A stretch of DNA of 64,000 nucleotides from Candidatus Eiseniibacteriota bacterium. Lineage in GTDB: Bacteria > Joyebacterota > Joyebacteria > Joyebacterales > Joyebacteraceae. The notes under the pieces are model-generated. The model was not told the origin of the DNA. It was given only the letters and a program-made list of their open reading frames with translations, and did no database searches. The stretch covers positions 19,147 to 83,146 of the forward strand of contig JAUVLG010000002.1 in assembly GCA_030595835.1 (NCBI GenBank), given 5' to 3'. Positions 38,930 to 48,409 of the stretch are shown here, in pieces (positions within the stretch are counted from its first letter, which is position 1; each line of letters opens with the position of its first letter). A program made the translations under genes and the position numbers.

Positions 38930-40078
38930 TCAGACGACCGACCTGTCGGTCGTCACGGGTCCCTCGGTGAAGCGGCGCGCGTTCAGGCGAGAGATGTCGA
39001 GGTCCGGTTTCTGCCCGGCCACAACCTGCGCGACCAGCATGGCCACCTTCGGCGCGATCATGAAGCCGTGTCCCGAAAAGCCGTTCGCCTGGAAGAAGCC
39101 GTCCACGCCGTCGGTCTCACCGAGGATGGGCTGCGCGTCCGGTGTGAGATCGTACATGCCGCCCCACTGCCTGACGATCTTCACGGACCTCAGGCGTGGC
39201 ATGAGGAACGCCAGCTTCGCCGACATCGTGGTGAGGAACTCGAGGCTCGACGTCTGGTTGAAGCCCGCGGGCTCGTCCGGGTCTCCGAATCCACCGATCA
39301 CCGATCCGTGCCTGACCTGTCTGAAGTAGACCCCCAGGCTGAACGAGATGATCATAGGGTCGAAGAAGCGCTCGAGCGGCTCAGTGACCAGGATCTGCCG
39401 GCGGTACGGGGTGATGGGCAGATCTACACCTGCTGTCTTCGCGATCGGGACCGAATGGCTGCCGGTGACGTTGACCACGAGCGGAGCACGGATGGTCCCT
39501 CTGGACGTTTCGACGCCCGTCACGCGGCCGCGCTTCGTGAGGACCCGCGTGACCGGTGTGAAGAGCTCGACCTCGACCCCCAGGCGGCGCGCCGCGTCGG
39601 CGTAGGCTCTGGTCGTCAGGAACGGGTTGGCGCTGGCGTCCGAGGGGCAGTAGGTCGCCATCCGGACGCCGTCGGTGTTCAGCTGCGGCACGACTCTGTC
39701 TGTGATCTCGTCGGGGGTCAGGATCGCAACATCGAGGCCGAGCCCTTGCTGGAGAGCAACGTTCCTCTCGAACTGGGCCACGTCCTCGTCCGTGTAGGCG
39801 AGGACCAGATAGCCGCCCTGGAGGAACTCGATGTCGGCGTCGAGCTCCTCCGAAAGCGAAGAAAACTCCCTGACGCTCTCGATTGCGAGCTGCGTGTTGG
39901 CCTCCGTGCTCCACTGCTGGCGGATTCCCCCGCCGCAGCGACCCGTCGCGCCGCTCGACAGGTAGTCGGCCTCGACGAGAACACAGTCGGTCATCCCGGC
40001 CTTCGCCAGGTAGTAAGCGATGGCAGTGCCGACGACTCCGCCACCTATGATCACGCACTCGGCCCTACTCTTCATCAT
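38930..40078 (-). CDS. FAD-dependent amino-acid dehydrogenase beta subunit (PdhB/sarcosine oxidase beta-like)
   Basis: IGGGVVG, GATGRCGGGIRQQ, TPD.QPILG, GFSGHGFM.AP. Confidence 0.9.
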   Translation of the reverse strand: MMKSRAECVIIGGGVVGTAIAYYLAKAGMTDCVLVEADYLSSGATGRCGGGIRQQWSTEANTQLAIESVREFSSLSEELDADIEFLQGGYLVLAYTDEDVAQFERNVALQQGLGLDVAILTPDEITDRVVPQLNTDGVRMATYCPSDASANPFLTTRAYADAARRLGVEVELFTPVTRVLTKRGRVTGVETSRGTIRAPLVVNVTGSHSVPIAKTAGVDLPITPYRRQILVTEPLERFFDPMIISFSLGVYFRQVRHGSVIGGFGDPDEPAGFNQTSSLEFLTTMSAKLAFLMPRLRSVKIVRQWGGMYDLTPDAQPILGETDGVDGFFQANGFSGHGFMIAPKVAMLVAQVVAGQKPDLDISRLNARRFTEGPVTTDRSVV

Positions 40079-40373
40079 TGGTTCCTGTCGGGGCGCTGAC
40101 GTTCATGACGTCGGGTTCCGCAAGCGTTCCTATCTCGACGGGCCTCGACGGCGGGCGGACGGCCGGGTACGGCACGTCGGCTATCTTCGCTCCGGTCTTC
40201 TCGGCGATTATCCGCGCGATGAGTCTCGAGCACGTGCGTCCCTGGCACGGCCCCATTCCGGTGCGGAGGACCCGCTTGATCTCCTCGGTGGTCGTGAGCC
40301 CTTCGTCGATCGCGTCCACGATCTCACCGTAGGTAACGTCCTCGCACCTGCATATGATGACGTCACGATTCAT
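40065..40373 (-). CDS. BFD-like [2Fe-2S] subunit (PdhX-like)
   Basis: IICRCEDVT, R.GMGPCQGRTC, RPP. Confidence 0.9.
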   Translation of the reverse strand: MNRDVIICRCEDVTYGEIVDAIDEGLTTTEEIKRVLRTGMGPCQGRTCSRLIARIIAEKTGAKIADVPYPAVRPPSRPVEIGTLAEPDVMNVSAPTGTNDEE

Positions 40374-40870
40374 GCAGTCACGTCCTTGGCCAGAAAGTGC
40401 CTCACGTCCATCGCGTGGTCCGCGGGCACGGAGAGAGTCACTATTGGGGTCCGGTCGAGCGCCAACGCCTGCAGGACACGCTTGACCGTTCCCTCGCCGA
40501 GAACCTTGCCTTCCCTCGACAGCGTTACCACCGTGTCGCCGACGGAGGGGAGGGGGGTGTACTCGTAGGGAAGCGAGACCGTCGCGGCTCCGGCGTCCAG
40601 GCTCATGTCGACCACGAAGATCGCGAGCCCGGGGCACGCGCTGACACAGAGCCCGCACCCGTCGCAGGTGTCGAAGTCGACCGACGGTGTGCCGTTCATG
40701 TCGCCCTCTATGCGGATGGCGCCCTTGGGGCACGCTTCCACACACGGGTCGCACGGGATGTTCTCGACGCACTCGATGATGGCGACGGGCCCGCAGGCCG
40801 ACCTCTCCGTCGAGGGCACGAGGGGCAGGAGCTGCCGCCGTTCAAGGATGCCGTCCTGTCGGTGACTCAC
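40370..40870 (-). CDS. 2x[4Fe-4S] ferredoxin subunit (PdhF-like)
   Basis: ECVENIPCDPCVEACP, CDGCGLCVSACPGLA. Confidence 0.9.
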   Translation of the reverse strand: MSHRQDGILERRQLLPLVPSTERSACGPVAIIECVENIPCDPCVEACPKGAIRIEGDMNGTPSVDFDTCDGCGLCVSACPGLAIFVVDMSLDAGAATVSLPYEYTPLPSVGDTVVTLSREGKVLGEGTVKRVLQALALDRTPIVTLSVPADHAMDVRHFLAKDVTA

Positions 40871-42324
40871 GAGTCACCCCCTCGCGCGCTGGCCAGTGCG
40901 AGCATCTTCCGCTTACCTGCTCTGGCGTGCTTTCCGAACGGGCCGGCCCTGAGCGCGCGCAGGCCTTCTTCGGCCTCGCTTCTGAGGCGCGTCAGTTCAC
41001 CCATCTCCCGGTCGTGGAGGAACTTCGCGGCGGCCGAGAGGCCGGCGAGTCGTCCCTCGAGCATCGCCGTCGATGCTTCCTCAATGCCGGAGGCGTCGCC
41101 TGCGATGTGGACGCCGGGGACCGTGGTCTCGAGGCTCGCGTCGTGAATTGCCACCCTGCCGCCCAGCTCGGCGACGTATGCCTCGTCGCACCCGAATTGT
41201 GATGCCAGTTCGCAGTTGGGGGTGAGTCCGACGGCCAGGCAGATGGTGTCCACGTCGAGCTCGACTTCCGTGCCCTCGATGGGTCGCCAGTCACCGTCGA
41301 TCTTCGAGATGACTGCGCCCTCCACGCGGTCGGTTCCCAGAGCGCGAAGAACGGTGTGTGAGGTCATGATCGGAACGCCGGCGCGTCTGATTTTCGCCGC
41401 GTGCACGTGGTAACCGCCGAACTCGGGCAGACCCTCCACGACGGCCGCGACCTCGACGCCAGCCTGGAGAAGCTGATAGCTTACGATGAGCCCGATATTG
41501 CCGGCGCCTATCATGAGAACGCGTTTCCCGGGAGCGACGCCGTCGACGTTCATGAGCGTCTGGACGGCCCCGGCGCCGTAGACCCCGGGGAGGTCGCTGT
41601 TGGGAAACGCCAGCATGTTCTCGGAAGCGCCCGTGGCCAGGATGACCGAGTCCGCCGTCAGACGGTGCAGTCTGCCGTTCCGAAGAAGCGCGAGCATCCT
41701 GCCGGGGTAGAGGCCCAGAACTGTGGTGCCGGTCAGACAATCGACCGGCAGATCCTCGATCTCCTTCACGAGAATCGCGCCGATGTCGATGCCGCGCACC
41801 CGGGCATGGTGTTCCTTCGACCCGAAGAACATGTGGGTCTGCTTGATCAGTTGGCCGCCCGGAACGGGGTTCTCGTCAATGACAACGGATCTGACCCCGA
41901 GCTGTCCCGCTGCAATGGCCGCGGAGAGCCCCGCCGGTCCGGCGCCTACGATGGCGAGCGGTACGTTGCCCAGGTCTCTCGGGTAGTCGGGATCTGTTGG
42001 GGGGGTGGGGAAGTGCACGTCCGGGATGATGCCCTTGCCCGTCTGTGTCTCGATTCGCATGCCCGCCGACAGCGCGGTCACGCACGTCATTACGTTCGGG
42101 ACGCCGTCGACGGTCATCAGGCACGACGAGCACCTGCCGATGGCGCAGAAGAAGCCCCTCGGCCGGTCGAGTTTGATGCTGTGTCGAAGGACGCGAACGC
42201 CGGCCGCGTGCAGCGCCGCGGCGATGGATTCACCCTCGTGCCCCTTGAGTTTCCGGCCGTCGTGCTCGAACTCGACGAGCGGGCCCTTCTCGAACTTGAG
42301 GATCGGGTGTTCCGTGATGCGCAC
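40867..42324 (-). CDS. [2Fe-2S] plus FAD/NAD oxidoreductase alpha subunit (PdhA/sarcosine oxidase alpha-like)
   Basis: RG.FCAIG.CSSC.M.VDG....C, GAGPAGL.AA, GGQLIKQTH.FFG, ATGA.E, AGD..GIEEA. Confidence 0.9.
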   Translation of the reverse strand: MRITEHPILKFEKGPLVEFEHDGRKLKGHEGESIAAALHAAGVRVLRHSIKLDRPRGFFCAIGRCSSCLMTVDGVPNVMTCVTALSAGMRIETQTGKGIIPDVHFPTPPTDPDYPRDLGNVPLAIVGAGPAGLSAAIAAGQLGVRSVVIDENPVPGGQLIKQTHMFFGSKEHHARVRGIDIGAILVKEIEDLPVDCLTGTTVLGLYPGRMLALLRNGRLHRLTADSVILATGASENMLAFPNSDLPGVYGAGAVQTLMNVDGVAPGKRVLMIGAGNIGLIVSYQLLQAGVEVAAVVEGLPEFGGYHVHAAKIRRAGVPIMTSHTVLRALGTDRVEGAVISKIDGDWRPIEGTEVELDVDTICLAVGLTPNCELASQFGCDEAYVAELGGRVAIHDASLETTVPGVHIAGDASGIEEASTAMLEGRLAGLSAAAKFLHDREMGELTRLRSEAEEGLRALRAGPFGKHARAGKRKMLALASARGGDS

Positions 42325-42623
42325 GATGTGGGTGCTCCCCGTCGAACGCGTTTCCAGGATCCGTGGAACCCACGGCGCGTTTGAGAGAATGACGTTGAAG
42401 GACCGCAGCGTTTCCCGCTAGAATGAGCCCGGAGCAGGGATCCCTCACACGTCCGGGAACCCGAGGCGCCACGACCAGACAGAATACCATTCGCTGCCCG
42501 GTCCGGGCAACCCGAATCGCGAGCGACCATTCGCCGCACGTGTCTGACCGAACTCAGTTGGCGTCGGGAGAGATGCTGGACTCAGCTCCGGCGGACCCGA
42601 TCCGGAGCCTGGCGGAGGAGATG

Positions 42624-43418
42624 ATGACCGTACCGACAGTACTGACCATCGCCGGTTCCGACTCGTCAGGGGGCGCCGGGATCCAGGCCGACCTCAAGAC
42701 GATGTCAGCCTTCGGTGTCTTTGGGACGACCGCCCTGACGGCGGTTACCGCACAGAACACCCTGGGCGTGACAGAGAGCCTGTTTCTCTCCGCCGAACTC
42801 GTGGCTCGTCAGATAGACGCCGTGGTGGAGGATGTGGGGGTCGATGCAGCCAAGACAGGTATGCTCGGGACCGCCCTTGTCATTGAGATCGTGGCGGAGA
42901 GAGTCGGCCGGCACCGGATCCCGAACCTCGTGGTCGACCCTGTGATGGTGGCGACGTCCGGCGCTTCTCTGATGGAGGACGATTGCCTGGGTGCGCTCCG
43001 GACGGCCTTGATACCGCGGGCGTATATCGTGACGCCGAACGTCCCCGAGGCGGAAGTTCTCTCCGGCGTCAGCATCGTCTCGCTGGAGACCATGGAGGAA
43101 GCGGCCCGGGCCGTACACGGGCTCGGTGCGGCCAACGTACTGGTGAAGGCCGGGCACATCGAGGGCAGCGCCACCGATGTGCTCTTCGATGGAGAGAACA
43201 TCACCCGCTTCTCGGCCGAGCGGATAGAGGGCGGTAGCATCCACGGGACCGGGTGCACGCTGTCGGCGGCCATTGCGTCAGGACTGGCGCTGGGTCTTGA
43301 ACTCACTGATGCCATAGCTGGAGCCAAGTCGTTTGTGACGCGGGGCATAGCGGCAGCGCTCGACATGGGTAGCGGCAGCGCGTTCGTCAATCACTTCGTG
43401 TCGGTGGACGAGGGCTGA
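42624..43418 (+). CDS. thiD: Hydroxymethylpyrimidine/phosphomethylpyrimidine kinase
   Basis: [46 protein letters not shown]. Confidence 0.95.
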   Translation: MTVPTVLTIAGSDSSGGAGIQADLKTMSAFGVFGTTALTAVTAQNTLGVTESLFLSAELVARQIDAVVEDVGVDAAKTGMLGTALVIEIVAERVGRHRIPNLVVDPVMVATSGASLMEDDCLGALRTALIPRAYIVTPNVPEAEVLSGVSIVSLETMEEAARAVHGLGAANVLVKAGHIEGSATDVLFDGENITRFSAERIEGGSIHGTGCTLSAAIASGLALGLELTDAIAGAKSFVTRGIAAALDMGSGSAFVNHFVSVDEG

Positions 43419-43479
43419 GTCAGATTCGGGCATGACTTCGAAGGCGTGGCACAGGCGCCAGGGCGAATGGAGGACGGCA

Positions 43480-44397
43480 GTGAAGCACGTGTTCGGACCG
43501 GTACCATCGCGAAGACTCGGGTTCTCACTCGGCGTGGATCCGGTCATCCCAAAGACATGCACGCTCGACTGTGTCTACTGCGAGCTTGGTCCCACGACGG
43601 ACAGGACCGTCACGCGGCAGCTGTACGTTCCCATCGACGGGATACTGGAGGAACTGGGAGCCAGACTGGCCGAGAACCCGGACCTCGATTTCATCACGTT
43701 GTCCGGGTCGGGTGAGCCCACGCTCAACTCCGGTCTGGGCAGGCTAATCGACGGTATCAAGGATATGACGGATGTCCCGGTGGCCGTTCTCACCAACGGG
43801 ACACTGCTCACCGATCCGGACGTGCGGGCCGCGCTCGCCCGTGCCGACGTTGTGGCCCCTTCGCTGGACGCGGTCTCCCGCGACGCCTTCGAGAAGGTCA
43901 ACCGTCCGCACGAGTCGCTCGATCCGGGCGTAATTGCCGATGCCCTCGTCACTTTCGCCCGCGAGTACCGCGGGAAGATTTGGCTTGAGGTCCTGTTTGT
44001 CGAGGGGCTGAACGACAGTTCCGACGAGGTTGAGCGTATCGCCGGAATTATCGACGCCGTCAAACCGGACAAGGTCCACGTGAACACGGTCGTGCGACCC
44101 CCGGCGGCGCCACACTCACGCGCGCTCAGTCAGGAACGTCTGGAAGAGATAGCGGAACGCTTCGGTCCGAACGCTGTGGTAATCGCGAGTGCGACCGGGC
44201 CGTCGCAGCCGAAGTCCGAGCGCGATGCCTCCGATGTCATCGTCGCGATGGCCGCGCGCAGACCGGTCACTGCCATCGATGTTGCCAGATCCGTCGGCGT
44301 CAGTCAGGCCGCTGCCGCGAAGCGGCTGAACGCGTTGGTCGAAAGAGGAGTCTTATCAGTTGTGCGGCACGGCGAAAGACTGTATTATAAGCAGTGA
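43480..44397 (+). CDS. Radical SAM protein (COG0731-like) with C-terminal HTH
   Basis: FGPVPSRRLG.SLG, CTLDCVYC, SGSGEPTL, LTNG, PSLDA. Confidence 0.85.
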   Translation: MKHVFGPVPSRRLGFSLGVDPVIPKTCTLDCVYCELGPTTDRTVTRQLYVPIDGILEELGARLAENPDLDFITLSGSGEPTLNSGLGRLIDGIKDMTDVPVAVLTNGTLLTDPDVRAALARADVVAPSLDAVSRDAFEKVNRPHESLDPGVIADALVTFAREYRGKIWLEVLFVEGLNDSSDEVERIAGIIDAVKPDKVHVNTVVRPPAAPHSRALSQERLEEIAERFGPNAVVIASATGPSQPKSERDASDVIVAMAARRPVTAIDVARSVGVSQAAAAKRLNALVERGVLSVVRHGERLYYKQ

Positions 44398-44408
44398 CCT
44401 GAGAGGGG

Positions 44409-45131
44409 GTGTCAGTGAAGCATGCGATCAAGGGATTCGACCAGATGTCCCTCGTGGATTGGGACGGCATGGTCGCCTCGACACTCTACACCTCTGGCTG
44501 CAATTTCCGTTGTCCGTACTGTCACAACTCCGGTTTGGTTCTGTTCCCGGATCAGTACGAGTCAATACCCGTCGATGAGATTCTTGATTACGTGAGGGAG
44601 CACAACGATTTCATCGACGGCGTCGTCATCACTGGCGGCGAGCCCTGCATCCACAGCAACATCGGGGTCTTGATCAAGCAGCTGCGAGAGGTGGGAGTAG
44701 CAGTGAAGCTCGACACGAACGGTTCCTTTCCGGATCTGCTCGAGTCGCTGATAGACAAGGAACTGGTCGACTACGTGGCGATGGACGTCAAGGCGCCGCT
44801 CGACTTCGATGCGTACTCGAAGAGCGCCGGGATCACCGATCGCCGCACGTTCGAGAAGGTGCGAGACAGCATCGACCTCCTGATGGAAGGGAGGGTCGAC
44901 TACGAATTCCGAATGACCGTCGTGCCCGCACTGCATCGCGCAAGCGATCTCCAGCGGGTCGCGGAGCAGATCAGGGGCGCGAGCCGTTTCATTCTTCAGA
45001 ACTACGTGCCGCGTGACACGCTGGATCCTGCTTTTCTCAACGAGACACCATACAACGCGGAGCGGCTTGAGGAGTTCAAGAAGATGATGGCGCCGATGTT
45101 CGGCGAGTGTCTGATTCGCGGGGAGAGCTAG
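44409..45131 (+). CDS. nrdG: Anaerobic ribonucleoside-triphosphate reductase activating radical SAM protein
   Basis: SLVDW.G, GCNFRCPYCHN, DGVVITGGEP, KLDTNGS.P, DYVAMDVK, YEFR.TVVP. Confidence 0.85.
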   Translation: MSVKHAIKGFDQMSLVDWDGMVASTLYTSGCNFRCPYCHNSGLVLFPDQYESIPVDEILDYVREHNDFIDGVVITGGEPCIHSNIGVLIKQLREVGVAVKLDTNGSFPDLLESLIDKELVDYVAMDVKAPLDFDAYSKSAGITDRRTFEKVRDSIDLLMEGRVDYEFRMTVVPALHRASDLQRVAEQIRGASRFILQNYVPRDTLDPAFLNETPYNAERLEEFKKMMAPMFGECLIRGES

Positions 45132-45177
45132 AGCGGGCGGAGCGCCGGTGGTCCGCGCTCTGGTGTGTGCCTGCTTT

Positions 45178-45897
45178 CTACTTCTTGCGATTGTGGGTAT
45201 TGAGCTTCCGGATGGACGAGCGGCGAGGCCTCGATAGGAGGACTCGCCGTTTGTGCATTCTCTCGTGCACGGCGCGAACACTGGTCGCGCCGCCCTCACC
45301 GTCGTCTTCCCTCAGCACGGCTCTCCCGAACAGCAGCGGAACCGCGTAGACGGACGCCACGACAAGCGGTACGTGTATCCACCCTTCAGAGAGAAGACCG
45401 TTGACACCGATGACGAGTCCGACTGCGGCAAGCGACCCGTGGAGGGGACGGCTCGTCGCCGGTGCGATGGAGTTCAGTGTCGCGAGCGCGAGGAGAAGGG
45501 TAGGAGGCAGCGTCACGCCGAGAGGGGAGAAGACGAAGCTTGGTAGCTCGCCTGAGTACCCCGGATACAGCAGAGCGAAAAGCCCCAGGATACCCATCAC
45601 TGCGAGTCGAAGTCGGGGCGTGCGGCGGAATGAGAGGACGTTCTTCGGGTGCGCTGCCTCGAGACACCAGAGCGCGGACAGTCCGGTGGTGAACGCTGCC
45701 ACAATGCGTGCGGACGGGTGGCCGGCGAGCGCCACCGCCGCGGTGGCGAAGGCAAGAGCGAAGTACACGGCGACCGTCCTCTCCATCGACGTGCGTCTGA
45801 TCCAGAACAGGACCGCGACGACGGCGACGGCGAAGTGGTGCAGCGCTGCCACAAGGAGGAAGCTCTCGGCGACGGCCAGCTGCGTTTCCGGTGACAT
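45178..45897 (-). CDS. Uncharacterised multi-pass membrane protein (DUF6064-like?)
   Basis: About seven hydrophobic helices and a basic tail; GGAGG RBS; co-oriented with the thi operon. Confidence 0.65.
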   Translation of the reverse strand: MSPETQLAVAESFLLVAALHHFAVAVVAVLFWIRRTSMERTVAVYFALAFATAAVALAGHPSARIVAAFTTGLSALWCLEAAHPKNVLSFRRTPRLRLAVMGILGLFALLYPGYSGELPSFVFSPLGVTLPPTLLLALATLNSIAPATSRPLHGSLAAVGLVIGVNGLLSEGWIHVPLVVASVYAVPLLFGRAVLREDDGEGGATSVRAVHERMHKRRVLLSRPRRSSIRKLNTHNRKK

Positions 45898-45932
45898 GTC
45901 TCAGTGCCCTCCGTTCGACCACGGTGCCGTAG

Positions 45933-46988
45933 CTACCTCGCGGACTGCTTCGCGAGGTACTCTTCGAACTTGCCCCAGAACGGATCGATCTCGGGGTGCT
46001 CGAGAGGATGCCGCCCGTCCTCGTCGATGACGACGACACCCGCGTCGGGCTCGGTGAGTTCTCCCACGACGGACGCGGGTATCCCCTTTCCATCAAGGGC
46101 CGCCAGGATGTCCTCGGCCCGGTCGGGCTTCACCGTAGCCACGAGAGTCCCCTCACTGATGCTCTTGTAGGGGTCGATGTCGAAGACCTCACAGGTCTTC
46201 ATGACGGCGTCCTGTGTTACGATGCTGCACTTCTCGACCACGAGCCCCTTCCCGGACGCTCGCGCTATCTCGAACAACGCGCCCCAGATCCCGCACTCCG
46301 TGGCGTCGTGCATGGCGGTTACGCCGCCCACGCCCGCGCAGATGGCGGCGTCCTCGATGACGGACATCTGGTAGAAGACGCTCTGAGCCTGCTCGGTCGT
46401 GGTCTCGCCGAAGCGCTCGGTTATGAACTCGGGGAATTGGACCGACATCAACCCGGTCGTCTCGACCGCCGGCCCCTTCGTGATGATGATCCTGTCGCCC
46501 ACCTCTGCCTTGCGAGGATCGATCAGGTCGTCGCTCGCGCCGACCCCGATGACCGTCGCCCCACCGACCATTGGGAAGTTGCATCCCGCGTACCTGGCCG
46601 TGTGCCCGGTGACAATGGCGATTCCCAGGCGTTCCGCCTCCTCGTGCACCGTCTGCCAGATGGTGACGAGCGCCTGCTCCTCCAACTCGGGCGGGAGGTT
46701 GAGATCGACGGCGAGAAACCGAGGTGGGATCCCACTGACGGCGACGTCACTCGCGACAATGTGCAGCGCGAACCACGCCGCGCGCTCCCAGCCTAGCGAG
46801 GGAGCGATGAAGAACGGGTCGGTCGACAGGACCACGGTCCGGTCGCCTATGGTGATGGCCCCGAAGTCGACGCCGTGGGTTGGCCCCACAACGACCGAGT
46901 CGTCGCGCGCCCCGAGGCGCGGGAAGATCACTTCGTCGAAGAACTGTGGTGTTGCCTTGCCCAGTGTTGGAAGTCTTTCCTGCGGCAT
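45933..46988 (-). CDS. PurM/HypE/ThiL-fold (AIR synthase-related) ATP-dependent enzyme
   Basis: GP..GVD, STDP, SDVAVSG, VTGHT, GD.II.TK, AMHDATE.G, SEGTL; ATG 46988 after GGAGG. Confidence 0.85.
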   Translation of the reverse strand: MPQERLPTLGKATPQFFDEVIFPRLGARDDSVVVGPTHGVDFGAITIGDRTVVLSTDPFFIAPSLGWERAAWFALHIVASDVAVSGIPPRFLAVDLNLPPELEEQALVTIWQTVHEEAERLGIAIVTGHTARYAGCNFPMVGGATVIGVGASDDLIDPRKAEVGDRIIITKGPAVETTGLMSVQFPEFITERFGETTTEQAQSVFYQMSVIEDAAICAGVGGVTAMHDATECGIWGALFEIARASGKGLVVEKCSIVTQDAVMKTCEVFDIDPYKSISEGTLVATVKPDRAEDILAALDGKGIPASVVGELTEPDAGVVVIDEDGRHPLEHPEIDPFWGKFEEYLAKQSAR

Positions 46989-47083
46989 GCGTCCTCCCTG
47001 CAACGGTGTTGTCTTTCGTTCCCTTGTCGTCACACTCGGGGCACGCGGTCGCGTCGGTAGCCCGCTGCGGTTTCGTCCCGTGT

Positions 47084-47626
47084 TCAGCCGCGTCCGCTCT
47101 CCTCTATGTAGGTGCGGACGATCCTCCTGTGATCCGCGAACGCTATCGGCTGCGGCAGGTCGTCCATGTCGAAGAACGCCGCCTCGGCCGCGTCGTCGCC
47201 CGCGGCGAGTTCTCCGCCAACCACCCTGGCAGTGAACGCAATACTGATGACGGGTGTCCTGGGGTCTTCGTCCGTCGCCCATGTGTCGTAGATGCCGGTG
47301 ATCTCGACGTCGAGCCCGGTCTCTTCCTTCGTCTCTCTTGCCGCGCTCGCGTCCGGCTGTTCACCGGCCTCCAGGAAACCCGCCGGCAGGCACCACTTTC
47401 CCTTGCCGGGCTCGTACTTGCGCAGTACGAACAGGAGCTTCCCGTCCCGCTCGGCCAGCACGCACGTCACCGCCGCCGGCGCCATGTAGAAGATGTAGGA
47501 GCAGCTCGTGCAGACCATACGCCGGTGACCGCGGCTCTCTCGCTCCTCGAGCCGGGCCGCGCACCTCGGGCAGAACTTCAGCCCCTCGTAGTTCGCCTGC
47601 GCGTCTATGTCATATGTGTCGTCCAT
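47084..47626 (-). CDS. Nudix hydrolase with N-terminal zinc ribbon
   Basis: FCPRC...C.SC; Nudix box GFLEAGEQPDASAARETKEETGL; start overlaps thiE stop region. Confidence 0.92.
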   Translation of the reverse strand: MDDTYDIDAQANYEGLKFCPRCAARLEERESRGHRRMVCTSCSYIFYMAPAAVTCVLAERDGKLLFVLRKYEPGKGKWCLPAGFLEAGEQPDASAARETKEETGLDVEITGIYDTWATDEDPRTPVISIAFTARVVGGELAAGDDAAEAAFFDMDDLPQPIAFADHRRIVRTYIEESGRG

Positions 47627-48302
47627 CTTCCTCCCGGCGTCCCGTCCGGTCAACGGGACCGCTCTCCAATGCGATCTGGAAATCATCGATGGCGTCTAAG
47701 GGATCGTCCGCGTGGCACACGGCCGATATCACAGCGACGTAGTGCGCACCCGCCCTGAGGACGTCCGTCGATGTGGACTTGCTTATGCCTCCTATGGCTA
47801 CCCTCGTCAGTTCGGGAACGCGCCCGGCTACGGACCTGAGTCCGTCCAGACCGATGGGCGCAAGTGCGTCGGGCTTCGTGTCGGTTGGGAACACGGGACC
47901 GACGCCTATGTAGTCGGCGCCGGCAATTCGCGCCTCCTCCGCTTCGTCCGGCGTCCTCGTCGACAGCCCTATGACGGCCGAAGGTCCCAGGAGCTCCCTG
48001 GCGCTTTTTATGCCTGCGTCGGTTCTTCCGAGGTGCACTCCGTCGGCGCCCGCGGCGGCGGCGACGTCCGGCCTGTCGTTGACGATGAAGAGGGTGTCCG
48101 TGCCTCTCGTGACGTCCGCTATCTCACGCGCGAGTCTCAGGAGCTCGTCGTCGGGGAGGTTCTTCTCACGCAACTGTATTGCGGGCACACTGCGCTCGCA
48201 CGCACCGGCCGCGAGCTCGACGTGCGGAATTACCGGGGAGGTGAGAACCAGGTACAATCCGCCTCCGCCGAGGAGACGTTCTTTCGAACTGACAGTGCTC
48301 AC
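47610..48302 (-). CDS. thiE: Thiamine-phosphate synthase
   Basis: QLREK, IVNDR.D, ADGVHLG..D, GLST, ADYIGVGPVFPT.TK, VAIGGI. Confidence 0.95.
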   Translation of the reverse strand: MSTVSSKERLLGGGGLYLVLTSPVIPHVELAAGACERSVPAIQLREKNLPDDELLRLAREIADVTRGTDTLFIVNDRPDVAAAAGADGVHLGRTDAGIKSARELLGPSAVIGLSTRTPDEAEEARIAGADYIGVGPVFPTDTKPDALAPIGLDGLRSVAGRVPELTRVAIGGISKSTSTDVLRAGAHYVAVISAVCHADDPLDAIDDFQIALESGPVDRTGRREEDGRHI

Positions 48303-48409
48303 GGTATCCCTCCGTACACTCTCCGGAACCGGGCTGCGCGGGTGCGGGTGCGTCCGTTCCCAGGCGCGTCCGCGGGCTCGCGCCCGACCGGTTTCGGTGC
48401 GTGGACCGA

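Noticed and set aside
42325-42623. Riboswitch (glycine, ZTP or TPP) in the pdhA/thiD divergent gap
   Set aside because: Hairpins are present but the conserved cores are not recognisable; the 42423 ORF extension is probably not real.
45933-46988. SelD or HypE call for the PurM-fold protein
   Set aside because: Lacks the N-terminal Cys/Sec-x-x-Lys of SelD and the C-terminal PRIC of HypE.
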